Of a stretch of DNA of 64,000 nt, positions 51,831-64,000 are shown in pieces. Both the position numbers and the translations under genes were made by a program. The DNA comes from Octopus sinensis. Lineage: Eukaryota. Position 1 is the first letter of the stretch. Each line of letters opens with the position of its first letter. A model generated the notes under the pieces. The model ran no database searches. It was not told the origin of the DNA and saw nothing but the letters and a program-made list of their open reading frames with translations. The stretch lies in the NCBI RefSeq assembly GCF_006345805.1, contig NC_043006.1, forward strand, positions 64,480,001 to 64,544,000, read 5' to 3'.

Positions 51831-52424
51831 TGTACCTTCTGATATATTTGATGATTCATTGATTACAAAATACTACATCAAGAGAGATTGTGGTCCTTGT
51901 CTTAGAAGCCATTAAGGAGCCATTTCCTTTTTTCTACTTCGTTTTTTATTTTCTCCTCCCCCATTCAGCTTGTTGATGTTGATGCTGAATGTGATCCATA
52001 TTCAACAGGATGCTTTACCAGCATGCTAGCCCCCACTTCCTATGGTTTTCAACAAGCTCTCCACCACCCCACTCACCCAGCACAAAAACTTGTACTCTCA
52101 CTGTACTTTGCTGCCACCACCACCACCAACAACACCATATATAAACAAACAGAAAAAAAAAATCAAACCTGTTAACAAGATGTTCACTGAAGCAGTGAGT
52201 AAGCATTGGAACAGCTGAGATTGGCTGCACTAGTTTAGAGAGGAAGAGGGGGAGGGAGCAGAACGAGAGAAAAGGAAAGAGAGAGAAAAAGAGAAAGAGT
52301 GGAGTTGAAAGAAAGAGATATGGTGATGGCCACATGGCACACAAACACAATTTAATACACAATGGATGAATCTGCCTATCTTCCACCACACTCACCCACT
52401 TCTTTTTCTGGAGGAGGACCAAGA

Positions 52425-52473
<49 letters not shown>

Positions 52474-52560
52474 CACAAAGTTTTGTGTGTGTGCACATCT
52501 GTTTGTAGATGTATTCGTGAACATGTGTACATAAACATAAAAACAGATACATGGTTCTTC

Positions 52561-52937
52561 TATTCTTTTACTTATTTCAGCCACTTTATTGCGGCCATGC
52601 TGGAGCACCGCCTTCAGTCAAACAAATCGACCCCAGAACCTATTCTTTGTAAGCCTAGTACTCATCCTATAGGTCTCTTTTGCCAAACCAATGAGTTACG
52701 GGAACGAAGACGCACCAACATCGGTTGTCAAGTAATGGTTGGGGGGACAAACACAGACACAAACACATATTTATGTCGGGCTTCTTTAAGTTTCTGTTCA
52801 CCAAATCCACTGAAAAGGCTTTGGTCAGCCTGAGGCTATAGTAGAAGACAATAGCCCAAGGTGTCAAACAGTGGGACTGAACTGAGAGCCATGTGATTGG
52901 AAAGCAAGCTTCTTACCATACAGCCACTCCTGCACCT
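52561..52937 (-). mobile_element. SINE family A, near full length
   Basis: Head GGAGTGGCTGTATGGTAAGAAGCTTGC...GGTTCAG.TCC-like on the minus strand, plus the family tail. Confidence 0.85.
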
Positions 52938-52949
52938 ATCCACAAAAGT

Positions 52950-53023
<74 letters not shown>

Positions 53024-53122
53024 GTATATGTACAACTTTATAATACATACTTGCCCAAAAACACAGTTTGAATATATCTGTAGACATACCTGGATGGAAG
53101 TGGATGTGAGAAAGAGATATAT

Positions 53123-53167
<45 letters not shown>

Positions 53168-55064
53168 GAGAGTGTGTGTGTGTGTGTACATTCTGTCTGC
53201 ACCCCCACCCCCATAAACCAGTTCAGGCCACAGTTTATTACTGTTGCTTCTAAGAAATGAGTAAAGCTAAACAGCTGCTTGTAAGACTCCTTCTAATCCT
53301 CGCCCCACCCTGTTGCCACCTCTCCACCCAGGTTGAAGGGGGGGGGGGGTGCAGAAGTTGGGAGACAAAATGGAAAGATGGGTGGTGGTGGTGTTAGAGT
53401 AAAACAAGTTAGATGCTAGATATTTTGAACAGTGACTATGTACACCACAACATGCTCCACTCCAAGAAGTGACACACCCATTATACACAAACCTTCCCCT
53501 CATCTCATCCACCCACCCCTTGACTTATAAAAAAAAAACAATAAACAGTAACAGTACCAAACTACACATGTTACATGCTTTATTTTCAGTGGGGGTCTAC
53601 ACCCTGTTGCCTTTCTCCTGCGCGCACGCACGTGCGTGTGTGTGTGTTACTTGCATGTAGAATAATGAGGAAGAAGTAAAATGATCCAAACCCCACCGCC
53701 ACCACTTTGACACTACCACTACCACCACCACTGCCAACATAAAATAGAACTAAATTTTATTTAAAAGTACAAGGGGTCAGGGCACCATATACCCTGACTT
53801 GTAATTGTAGCAGTAAATAGGGGACAAGGGAAAGGGGTAAAAAAAAAAACCTGATACTCCACATTTATACTTTGCTTTTATACTTTCTGCATTGAAAATA
53901 TATTTTCCCTCCTATTTACATACCCCCCCCCCCGCTCAAAATACAAGAAAAATAGGGGATTTGTTGCCTTGCTTTTAGATGACAATGATGCATGTCAGTC
54001 ACGGTAATGAATATGATAAATGTTTAATAAGGATAGAGATGACCCAGTGTTGGGTCAATCTCCATTCAATGCCATTCTACACCAACAAGGAAGTGCTATG
54101 TGATATCGTGCAAACATTAAATGCTGAGAGGTTTGCTCTTAACTTCCCAATAACTCTGACAATCTCAAAATTTAAAAGTCATGACCCAAACATTCTTCAC
54201 AGAAACGAAATGATTTAAGGGCTGGAGTTCAAATCCATAACAGCAATTTTCTTGCAAGTACTTGTTGGGTTCACTTCTGTATTTGTTGGGTTCACTTCTC
54301 AAGAACAGAAATATTTCTTAATCCTTAAACACCATACTGAGCATAAGGAACCAACAAGAGATCTCCATTTGCCCCAATCTTAAGCAATGGATTGTTGATG
54401 TCCCCAAGTGTAGTCACCTGCCATGCATGTATCTCCCTGGGGAGTGTCCATTGGAGGACTTGCTTTGAAATGTTGGGAACAGATTTCCACAGGGTGTGTT
54501 CCAGACAACAGATACACACAGCAAATATTATTTGACAGAGCCCAGCATTCCGTCCTTAAGGAGTGAGAGATTTATTTATCTCTTACCTACTTAAAACCAC
54601 GTAATCATACCCGGACAGTCAAACCATGAAATAAATGGAGTAGGGTCATTTATATTTTTTATATTACCTCTGTGCTTTTCTACTCTTTACTCTTTGAAAA
54701 TGGTCACAACTATTTTGAAGCAGGTCTTGTCTAGTTACATCACATCTTCATATCATTGCGCTTGCCTTAATGCATACATGAATGAATTCAATAGGGATTT
54801 TTTAAAACAGTTAATGGCTAAGTTGGCACAAAGTGGATTTAACCAAGGGTTAATGTGACTCCTTCAACTTTACCAGAGGTGTTAATGTGACTTCTTCAAA
54901 TTTACCAGAGGCTATCAGCTGGTAGCTAGATTCAACTTAACTTTCAAGTCCCTGCCACAGTTTCTAGCCTTTCACAAAAACATCTTACAAACAGCCAAAT
55001 CACTGCAGGTCCTCTACATCCAGAACTATGCAACAATACCATTGCACATACACATACACATCTT

Positions 55065-55097
<33 letters not shown>

Positions 55098-57187
55098 ACA
55101 ATCAAGCCAATGAGGAAGGCTCTACATGAACTGCTAAAAATAACAGCCAAATATCTCAAATCACATCCTACCATCTATTCACACACACCATAATTTTTAT
55201 TTTATCATTCATCCCACACACACACATCATACTGTTTCATCTGTCACTACAAATCCTCCACTTTCATTCACTATCAGTACATTATCCAGTCTAAGTACAA
55301 TAAGCAATAGAAAAAGTCCCCCCATCATCCAACCACCCTGCTAGCATCTGTCAAAATAATAAGTGTAACAATATACACTGTACAATATTTATGGTTGGTG
55401 GGAAGGCAGTGTCCCCTTGGTTAGAAAAATACCAGCAGCAACTATTCTTTAAATGTATAAATTTTAAGACTCATCCAACCCAAGTTCACATTAAAAGAAA
55501 AGAATTCAAACATTTTTTCTTGTACTCATTCCGGTCATTGAAATGTGGCCATGCTGGAGCACTGCCTTTGAAGTGTTTTAGTGGAACAAACCAACTCTGG
55601 TACGTATGATGATTTTTCTTTTTTCTTTTTTATTCTGGTACTAATTCTAAAATCACTGTTATAAGGATGATGTAAACAGCCCAACATCAGTTGTCAAGCA
55701 GTGATGGATGGTGGTGACAAATACAGGCACAAAGACACACACACCTCTCACTCTGTGTATGTGTACATGAAGGGCTTCCACATTGACGCCTATGAAATTC
55801 ACATATATGGCAATGGTCAGCTTGGGGCTGTAAAAGAAAATCGTTTGCCCAAGGTGCCATGCAGTTGGACTGAACCCGAAACCACATGGTTGTAACACAA
55901 GCTGCTTAACCACAAAGCCATAAATATTGTGGCTATAATATAATGCCTTATGAGCGAATTTGGTAGGCAGAAACTGTGTGGAAGCCTGTTGTGTGTCTGT
56001 GTGTTTTTGCACGTCTCTTTACAAACACATGGTCTGAGAACCAGTGTTGATTTGTTTACATCCTTGTAACTTAGCAGTTCAACAAAAAAGACAGATGAAA
56101 TAAGTACCAGATTTTAAAAATATGTACTGAAATCAATCTGTACAAATAACTCCGAGGCAGTGCCCCAGCAACTGAAGCAACTAAAAGGATAAAGATAAAA
56201 AAGATGATGTAGTTCTAGGTATATTTAAAAAAAAAAAGACAGAATGAGTCACAACTGAAAAAACATCTTTAATCATAAGTCTGCTCAATCAGGATTGATC
56301 TGGAGTAAAATAAAGGCTGAGAACAATATTCCTGACTTGGGCTGTTGTCAATGGGTCTTCTCTCTCCCTCTTTTTCTTTCCATTGTTCCAACAGACTATT
56401 TGGAGGGCGCAACAGGCTAGCACGAGTGAGCAAGGTGACCTGACCTAACATCTATCTACCCATCTCCAGCAGTAGCAGCAACACCAGCATCAAGTTGATG
56501 TTTTCAATGCAGTAGTACATCAACTAGTGACAGAAGAATCAATAAAGTTACTATTTCAGTCAGCACCGACAGACAGCTCTACAACGGATGCACTACTACC
56601 ACCAACTAGACTTTTGGTACAGCAGACTGTGCTTGTCTACACATATGAACACCGATGCCGATGTTTTTGAGAACATAGATGGCTAAAGGCCAGCAGTTCA
56701 AATCCTGTAACCACCACCACATTGCATTGCATCTGTGGTGAAAATATCTAATTCTTTAACACATCTATCTCTCTCACCTCCCCCTCTGCCATTCTGATAT
56801 TTCCACACCTTCACCCTCTTTTGTCATTCACTACATTCATCTCTAGCCCAATCTTTAACCATTCATCACTCTCCTCCCACATTCCTATGAAATAACCCAC
56901 CTTCTCCTTTCCTCCTGATCTACAGGTTATATTCTTCCTTCTACTCACCTTCTTATACCTTTAGAGTATGTTCTGGCACTCTGTCGGCACCATCTTTGTC
57001 ACTTTTCAAGGTACTCCCACCCACTTCCACATGATGTAGGGTTAGTCCTGTATCTCTTGTATAGCAAGACACCAGTCAAAATGGCACCATCACCCCCGTC
57101 CTTTCTTTGTCTTGCAACTTACTTGGTCACCTCACTAGTGCCACTGTCACAGAAATAAAGCATACAGCATATATTCTTTTCTACTCT

Positions 57188-57390
57188 AGGTACAAGGCCC
57201 GAAGTTTTTGGGGAGGGGGCCCCAGTCAATGTATCGACTCCAGTACATAACTGGTACTTAATTTATCAACCTCGAAAGGATGAAAGGCAAAGTCGACCAC
57301 AGCAGAATTTGAACTCAGAACTTAAAGACAGATGAAGTACCGCTAAGCATTTTGCCCAGCGTGCTAACAATTTTGCCTGATCGCCACCTT
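57188..57390 (-). mobile_element. tRNA-derived SINE, family D (core GGTACTTATTTTATCGACCC..AAGGATGAAAGGCAAAGTCGAC)
   Basis: Related copies lie approximately at 3445-3597, 17865-18015, 18460-18680, 21295-21390, 46180-46375, 63050-63140 and 63572-63745 (opposite strand). Confidence 0.8.
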
Positions 57391-57988
57391 GCATACAGCA
57401 TATATTGCAAAGTTGTTGATGTTAGGAAGGGCATGCAGCTATAGAAACCATGCCAAAGCTAACATTGGGTCCCCTGGCAGTTCTGTGGTTTGTCAGACCC
57501 CGCAAACCATCCAACATTGTAAATAGGCATACAATGATGATGATGTAAATGTTGTAAACATGCTACCTCAGACAGGTTGATTTCATTGACTCCCTCTTAC
57601 TCATGACATCCTCTTCTATTTCCATAAAGAGGTTAAAGGTTAGTCCACAGTGAATTTAGAACACCAGACAACCTTGCTTCCACTAGTTTCCTGTTCACAG
57701 CAAGACCAGCAACTTCATTACATCTAATGATACATCTTACTAGATCCTCATTAACTTGTCAAATATATAGATTTCTCAAAATTCTTCCAACAGAGGTGCT
57801 GTAGCAGAAATCAAGCTAGAAGGGAGCGCCTATAGGGTCACTTGATCTGCTGGAAATAACAACTAAATCTTCACTCATACACAACTATCTTAAAAATTGT
57901 AAAGACGTACTCACTGGACAAAGTCTAGACAACACATTTGATCTGGTCCTATTAGATTGCAGTCAACTCATTGATCTGGAGATGCTAG

Positions 57989-58212
57989 ATCAAGACTGAC
58001 CTGGAGTTAAACAGCAATTCACTTATCTAGAACTGTTGGACGAAGACTGAACAAAGGAAATATCTTGCTGACCTACAGATGTTGGGTAAAGACTGACCTG
58101 GAAGTAAATGGCAACTTGTTGAGTTAGAGATCTTGGATCAAGACTGAACTGGAGCTAAATGAAAACTTGGTGACCTGGAGCTGTTGGATCAAGACTGATT
58201 TGGGGCTAAATA
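57989..58212. repeat. Degenerate ~51-bp minisatellite, ~4.5 copies (GATCAAGACTGACCTGGAGCTAAA...TGTTG)
   Basis: AAGACTGA recurs at roughly 46-51-bp spacing. Confidence 0.7.
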
Positions 58213-59776
58213 ATAATAAAAAACACAAACACACACAGGGAATCTGCTGTTGATTTAGCCATGTTCTCTCTTCATATGACTGGAATATCTTGTACTTTGG
58301 GAGTCATTAACTTGATAACACATCATCCTCAAATGTCTGAACTGATATTAACTTCAACAATACCAGTTAACAATTGGAACTTCATAATCACTTTAACATT
58401 TATTTTCTGTGGGTCTTGCATGGGCAACACTTAGTTTATTGAGGTAAATTTCCTATGGCTGGATGCCCTTCCAGTTGTCAACCTTCTCCTTTTTCCAAGC
58501 AAGCTAATATTTTCACCATGGCCAGACATGTTTTGGCAGAGTGTTGTGAATGAATGATGCTGCTCATATGACTGACAATCATTTACAACAACCACACGAT
58601 ATATATATACAAGATGGGCTTCTTTCAATTTCCATCTACCAAATCCGCTCACAAGGCTTTGGTTATCCCAGAGCCATATAATGCCCATATAATGCAGTAT
58701 GACTAAACCCATAAGTTGGGGAAGGAAACTTCTTAACCACACAACCAACTTCTCTATGTAGTTACTCGCCCTGCTAGAAATAGCACTAAAACATCTCAAA
58801 TTACATGCTATTATCTCAAAAAGGGAAATGACACATTGGATAATGAAGTTGTGGGTACAATTATGTTTAAATAAAAAGATAAAATGGTCAATGCTGAAAT
58901 TTCTTGAAATTCTTAAATAACAGTTGAGTAAATCCAAAGCTTGTAATGATGTCTTCAAGTCCCACCTGTGGAGTATTTAACTTTTTAGATGTATTGGACT
59001 CCACCAAACTGACCTCTAGGTATATACAGCATGAAAAAGAAACACCAACAGGTGTCTCTACATTGCAACGGCTTAGGCAACTTCCTCGCTGTTATTTGTT
59101 TCACCAACAGAGAATGTGTCAATGAATATCTGTCACTACTTCACTTAGACTGCAGCACAGGATCAGACTGAATTCTCAAAGTTCATCTCTGCTAAAGGTA
59201 GGCAGAGTTGTGTACCTTGCCAAAGAAAATGAGAACAGTTTTTATACCATACAGCTTCACAGAACAGCAGCAGCAGCAGCTGTAGTAGTAATCATAGCAG
59301 AGATGGATAGTGCAGGTGTGTAGGTGGGGGTAGTGGTGGTGGTGGTGGTTTGGGAAGAAATAGTAAAAGGAGAAAGAATTTAAGTATTCTATAGTATTTC
59401 GCAGTCCAACGAAACAAATTTACACATCATCATCATCATCATCATCATGGTTTAATGTTCGCCTTCCATGCCTGCATGGATGGGACACTACACTGTTATA
59501 CTCAAGTGTTTTTCCTATTACATTTTCCAGACCCCAAAAGAGGTAGGTCAACTTACACACCAAGATGACCTTTGGAGGACCAAAATTCTGATTGAAAAGC
59601 AGCAGGATTTGGAAGATAGAGATGTTTGAATGTTTGCACTTCATATTCTATGCTGTATACTATATCGACTTGTATGCCATAAAATACAGTATCCTTTAAA
59701 CTTCAAGAGATACCATACTATTTCATAATATCTTATGATGATACACTATGAATTTAGATTAATATATAGTATATGT

Positions 59777-60153
59777 TTTATCTTTTACTTGTTTCAGTCA
59801 CTGCACAGGGGCCATGCTGGGGCACCACTTTAAAGGGTTTAGTCAAATAAAAAAGAAAATCAATCCTCATATTCATTTTAATATCTGGTACTTATTCTAT
59901 CAGTCTCATTTTGCCAAATCACTAAGTTACCAAACCAACACCAGCTGTCAAACAATGGGGAGGTGCAAACACAAAGACAAACACGTGCACGCATGCGCAC
60001 ACACGCAACAAGATTCTACACAGTTTCCATCAGCCAAATCCACTCACAAAGCATTGGTCTGGCCTGGGGATAGTACTAGGTATTGTGTAGTGGGACTGAA
60101 CCTGAAGCCATGTGGTTGCAAAGCAAGCTTCATAACCACACAGCCATGCCTGC
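59777..60153 (-). mobile_element. SINE family A, near full length
   Basis: Colinear with 52561-52937. Confidence 0.82.
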
Positions 60154-60589
60154 AGTCAGTTTTTCAAATGCAAGGCATGCTTAAATGCTAGAAGATGGGG
60201 GAGGAGAGAATAACTAAATTGCGTGTACAACAATGCCTCACGGACATGATTGCAAAGGCTTTGCAATGGAGAGTGGCCAGCAGCACTCACTGCAGCAGCC
60301 ACCCATCTTGCAGGGCTCCTTTCTCAGACAAGCTGCAGTCATCAAATTTTGCAAAGGTAATCAGCAGTGTAGGATCCCAAGAAAACCTGAGGCTCCAGCA
60401 GCAACCAGCATAAACTAAAAGTGGCCACCCAGGCTCCTATGTTACGGGTAGTGATACCTGGGTTTACAGCCAATGCTGCAAGGTAGAGTCAGAGGAACAT
60501 GTCGCAGCATTAATAATATTTATTTATTTATGGAAGGAAGTGTGCACATTTGTGCTTCTTTGTCTTGACATAAAGTGATTGTTGTAAAT

Positions 60590-60897
60590 CAGTGGTTCCC
60601 AAAATGGGCAGGATTCCCCTCCTCCCCAGGGGGGAGTTCCTAGGGAGCATTGAAGAAAAGCGGAGCAATAATGGAGTAGTGATTCATGTAAAAAGTGGGG
60701 TGATAATGGGGTAGCGATTCATGTAAAATCAACAAAATAATGGGTTCATTATGTTAAGTTTTATTTGTGAAATACAGTTGCTTTAAATTTGCTTCAGAAA
60801 GGGGTCTATGTTTGTGATGGTTACTTGGGATAGGGGCACTAGGAATGTGGCCCAAGTGTCAAGGGAGCAGTGACCTGAAAAGGTTTGAGAACCACTG
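60590..60897. mobile_element. hAT-type MITE, same family as 12267-12979, opposite orientation
   Basis: TIRs CAGTGGTTCCCAAA / TTTGAGAACCACTG; TSD TTGTAAAT / TTATAAAT; shares the internal GGCCACATTCCTAG segment. Confidence 0.85.
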
Positions 60898-62159
60898 TTA
60901 TAAATGAATGTCATTCATTCGTAATTTTCTGTGAAAACATGTCTGGCCATGGAGGAATATTACCTTGCTTGGTAGGGATACAAGTCAGGGTTGGTGACAG
61001 AAAAAGCATCTGGCCATAGAAAATCTACCTGAGAAAACTGTCTGACCCATGTAGGCATAGAAAAGGGGATGTCAAAACAATGATGAAGAAAGTTAGATTT
61101 GAATTAGAGCAGCTCATGGAGACTGAACATAATGGTGATTATGGTGGCAGTGATGATGATGATGAAAATGATAGTAGCATTGAGAGAGCATAGGGAATGG
61201 TGATGGTGGAGGAGATGGTTGTGGTAATGGCTAGTGGCGGCAGTGGTGGCTAACATTTACTTACATTTAGAAAATAAAGAGAATTTAGCAGGAGTTGTGT
61301 GCGTTTGCATGTGTGTGTGTGTGTGTGTGTGTGTGTGATAGAGTGGGCTAACATGAACCCTTATGGTAAGATGGTTTCACTGACATTGATATTTTCATCA
61401 TCACTTCCTCTCCACCACCACTACCACCATTGCCATCACAATCAATTATCACCAACCTTAATCATTATATATCATCATTGTTACCATCATCATCATCCTC
61501 ATTATTATCATCATCATCATCATCATCCTCATTATTATCATCATCATCATCATCATCATCATCCTAATCAAATATCTTCATTTATCATTATTATCATTGC
61601 TGCCATCACTGTCATCACCATTATCGTTGTCATTGTCTTCATCCTAATCAATAATGATTGTTTAACATCCATCATCATCAACACCAACATCCTAACTGAA
61701 CAAAACTGGAGACAATGTAGACCATATAACCACATGTTGTGAGTCAACCCGAAGTAGTTGGTAGGTGTGTGCAGGAATGGGGGCTAATATTAAAGGTGTT
61801 ACACTATTTAGTGTCATATTTTGATGTTCTCGGGTTTAAATTTCTGGTGCAGTTTGTTAAATTTTGAAGTGAAGGAAAGAAATATCAATGGCTTTGACTT
61901 ACTACCCAACCCCCAATCCCTTCTCTTTCCAAAATACCCTGGTCCTGTGTTTAGTTTAACCCCAGATCAACCCTGAGCAAGCAGATATAAACTAAAAGCA
62001 TTCCAATCATGACTGTCTCCATTTACTCTGTCCAATGTGACTACTGTTTTAAAATAGTAGCATGAAACTTGAGATATATATAGGCTACTATTTCTAGCAG
62101 GTCAAGCAACCTTGCAGAGACCACTCGTTGGTTTTCTTAAGGAGAGGTGAGTACCAGAT

Positions 62160-62700
62160 AGGTACCACAGGCACAATAGAGTAGAACTGAAGTTTAAGAG
62201 GTTGAATAAGTTTCCTTGCAGGCTTCAATGAAGATCAGTTGAACATTCAATTCTGGAAGTCTTTCAGCTTGAAGACTATGGACAGCTTCCAGGACTGCAT
62301 CTCCGGCATTTATACAGTATGGGATGCTGTTTGGAATAAACACAATAAGCAAGGTAGGAACTTCAGCCTTTCTGAAACATGCACAATAAAAAAACTGCTT
62401 TGCAATCAATCAATGTCAAAGCATTACCAACTTTTGGAAATGTATCAAAGAAGCTGTTGCTGCATATGGGATAAATCCAACCATCGGTAATCATTCATGA
62501 GAATGTGCACCTCTCTTTCTTCCATTGACCAAGAAAAGCAAGTAAATTTGCCCATTTGGTGGCCAATAGCAAAAGGGATTGCTTGGTAGACAAGAGTAAA
62601 AGGACCGAATGACAGAGAGACTTTCCACTTTGGTCAAAATGTCATCAGCCTCTTCAGATAGACCTTGGAGAGACGGAGAGGTTCAAGAGGTTGGAGAGAG
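62160..62700 (-). pseudogene. Possible highly degraded non-LTR retrotransposon RT fragment
   Basis: Discontinuous motifs TF*PKWK, SNPFCYWP (cf. SNP.NYRP) and FRKA (cf. QYGFRK) occur in the expected order but in different frames; weak. Confidence 0.3.
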
Positions 62701-63148
62701 AGGTGAGGTATTCTTCTGTTCCAGTGAATTTGCTGGAAGTTGGGTGAGAGTGACAAGAATGGCCCAGACAAATAAATAGGTTTACTCTCTATTTGTGTAG
62801 GTCAGAGTAGGATTACTTGGAGAGAGTCCTTGTACTTTGAAATCAGAGTGATCCTGAATCTGTAGGGTTCCTTAACTGGCCTTCCCTACTGTTAGAAGGA
62901 TTGCCTTATGAATTCCATATCTGACATTTATTAATTTGTTGCTTGTTTTCTTCACAAACGATTTTTGCATAAACTTCATCATTTTCATTTTCTCGTCTCT
63001 GTAACATCTCCTTCATCAGCTGTCTTTGTGGTAAATATAATAATAATTTTAGCACAAGGCCAGCAATTTCAGCAGAATTTGAACTCAGAACATAAAGACA
63101 CACAAAATATCCCTAAACATTTTGTCTGGCATTCAATAATAATAATAA

Positions 63149-63183
<35 letters not shown>

Positions 63184-64000
63184 TCCACCTTAGCAAAGGC
63201 AGAGGTATTGTTTTCAGTCGTGTTTGTCCGTAGACAAGATATCTCAAGAACCACTGGATGGATTCGGATGAAACTTCCAGGGATGTTTAGACTCGTGACC
63301 AGCATGAACTGAATAGATTTTGGGATTGATCTGGTACCAGACAAGGATTCTGGATTATTTTTCCTGTGTTTTTTTTATTTTTGAGAGTGATCGGGTTCAT
63401 TTTTAGCATTCTTGTTTGTGAGAGCAATTGAGTTTATTTCAGATATTCTCATTTTAAAAATCATCTCTGGCTAATCGTTGAGAAGACATCTTGTGTTGCC
63501 TTGACAGAGGTTTGCACTCTCTGAGTGCTCTTGTAATTATAATTATCATTATCATCATCATCGTTATTATTAAGGCAGCAAGCTGGCAGAATCGCTGGAC
63601 AATATGCTTGGCGGTATTTTATCTGCCACTATGTTCTGAGTTCAAATTCCACTGAAGTTGACTTTGCCTTTCATCCAGCCAAATACTGGGGTCGATGTAA
63701 TCAACTACCCCCCTCCCCAAAATTTCAGGCCTTGTGCCTATAGTAGAAAGGATCATTATTATTTTATTGTCTTTGCACATCTTCTAACGGGGGGGAGATG
63801 TACTACAGTGCCAGCTGTTCACTACCAGTGAACTAAGGTAACACCCTTATTTTTCGAGCACCATCCAGAGTATTCAAGCAGTTCCAAGCAGTGCTGTTTT
63901 CTCCAAGTGCTCTACCCTTATTGCAACCCTTATTTGTTCCATGTACTTCAAGATTTTTACTCACTGTTGCTGTTGTTATTATTATTATTATTAAGCAGAC

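Noticed and set aside
54325-54519. ORF with TLGDINNP resembling a LINE endonuclease motif
   Set aside because: A single short motif without other endonuclease motifs; compatible with chance.
58431-58958. 175-aa ORF (and the similar 197-aa ORF at 52015-52608)
   Set aside because: They run through SINE fragments and simple repeats; no coherent protein signal.

Overview
AT-rich, microsatellite- and SINE-dense eukaryotic DNA; the repeat families look like those of an octopus or other coleoid cephalopod (inference). One protein-coding gene is supported: a TFAP4/AP-4 (cropped) bHLH-zipper orthologue on the minus strand. Its four coding exons are 33295-33454, 16634-16814, 15672-15862 and 10240-11749, with mutually compatible splice phases. 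The first coding exon was not found. The terminal exon has two single-base frameshifts, probably long-read deletion errors; it encodes the TIV motif and very long poly-D/T/N/S/Q/H tracts. Mobile DNA includes a full-length decayed DD37D (maT) transposon, MULE-, hAT- and piggyBac-type MITEs with identifiable TIRs/TSDs, and several tRNA-derived SINE families. The most unexpected observations are: (1) hammerhead-ribozyme motifs of the Penelope-like type, including a 126-bp near-perfect palindrome with one hammerhead on each strand (817-942), one with a long stem II (361-447), and one in the gene-sense orientation in the presumed first intron (37880-37919); (2) a ~14-kb CpG-retaining domain inside an otherwise CpG-depleted gene body; (3) a 26-copy 41-bp intronic VNTR carrying forkhead and variant GATA motifs; (4) loss of the Ser of the beta-TrCP degron (DEGIGL).
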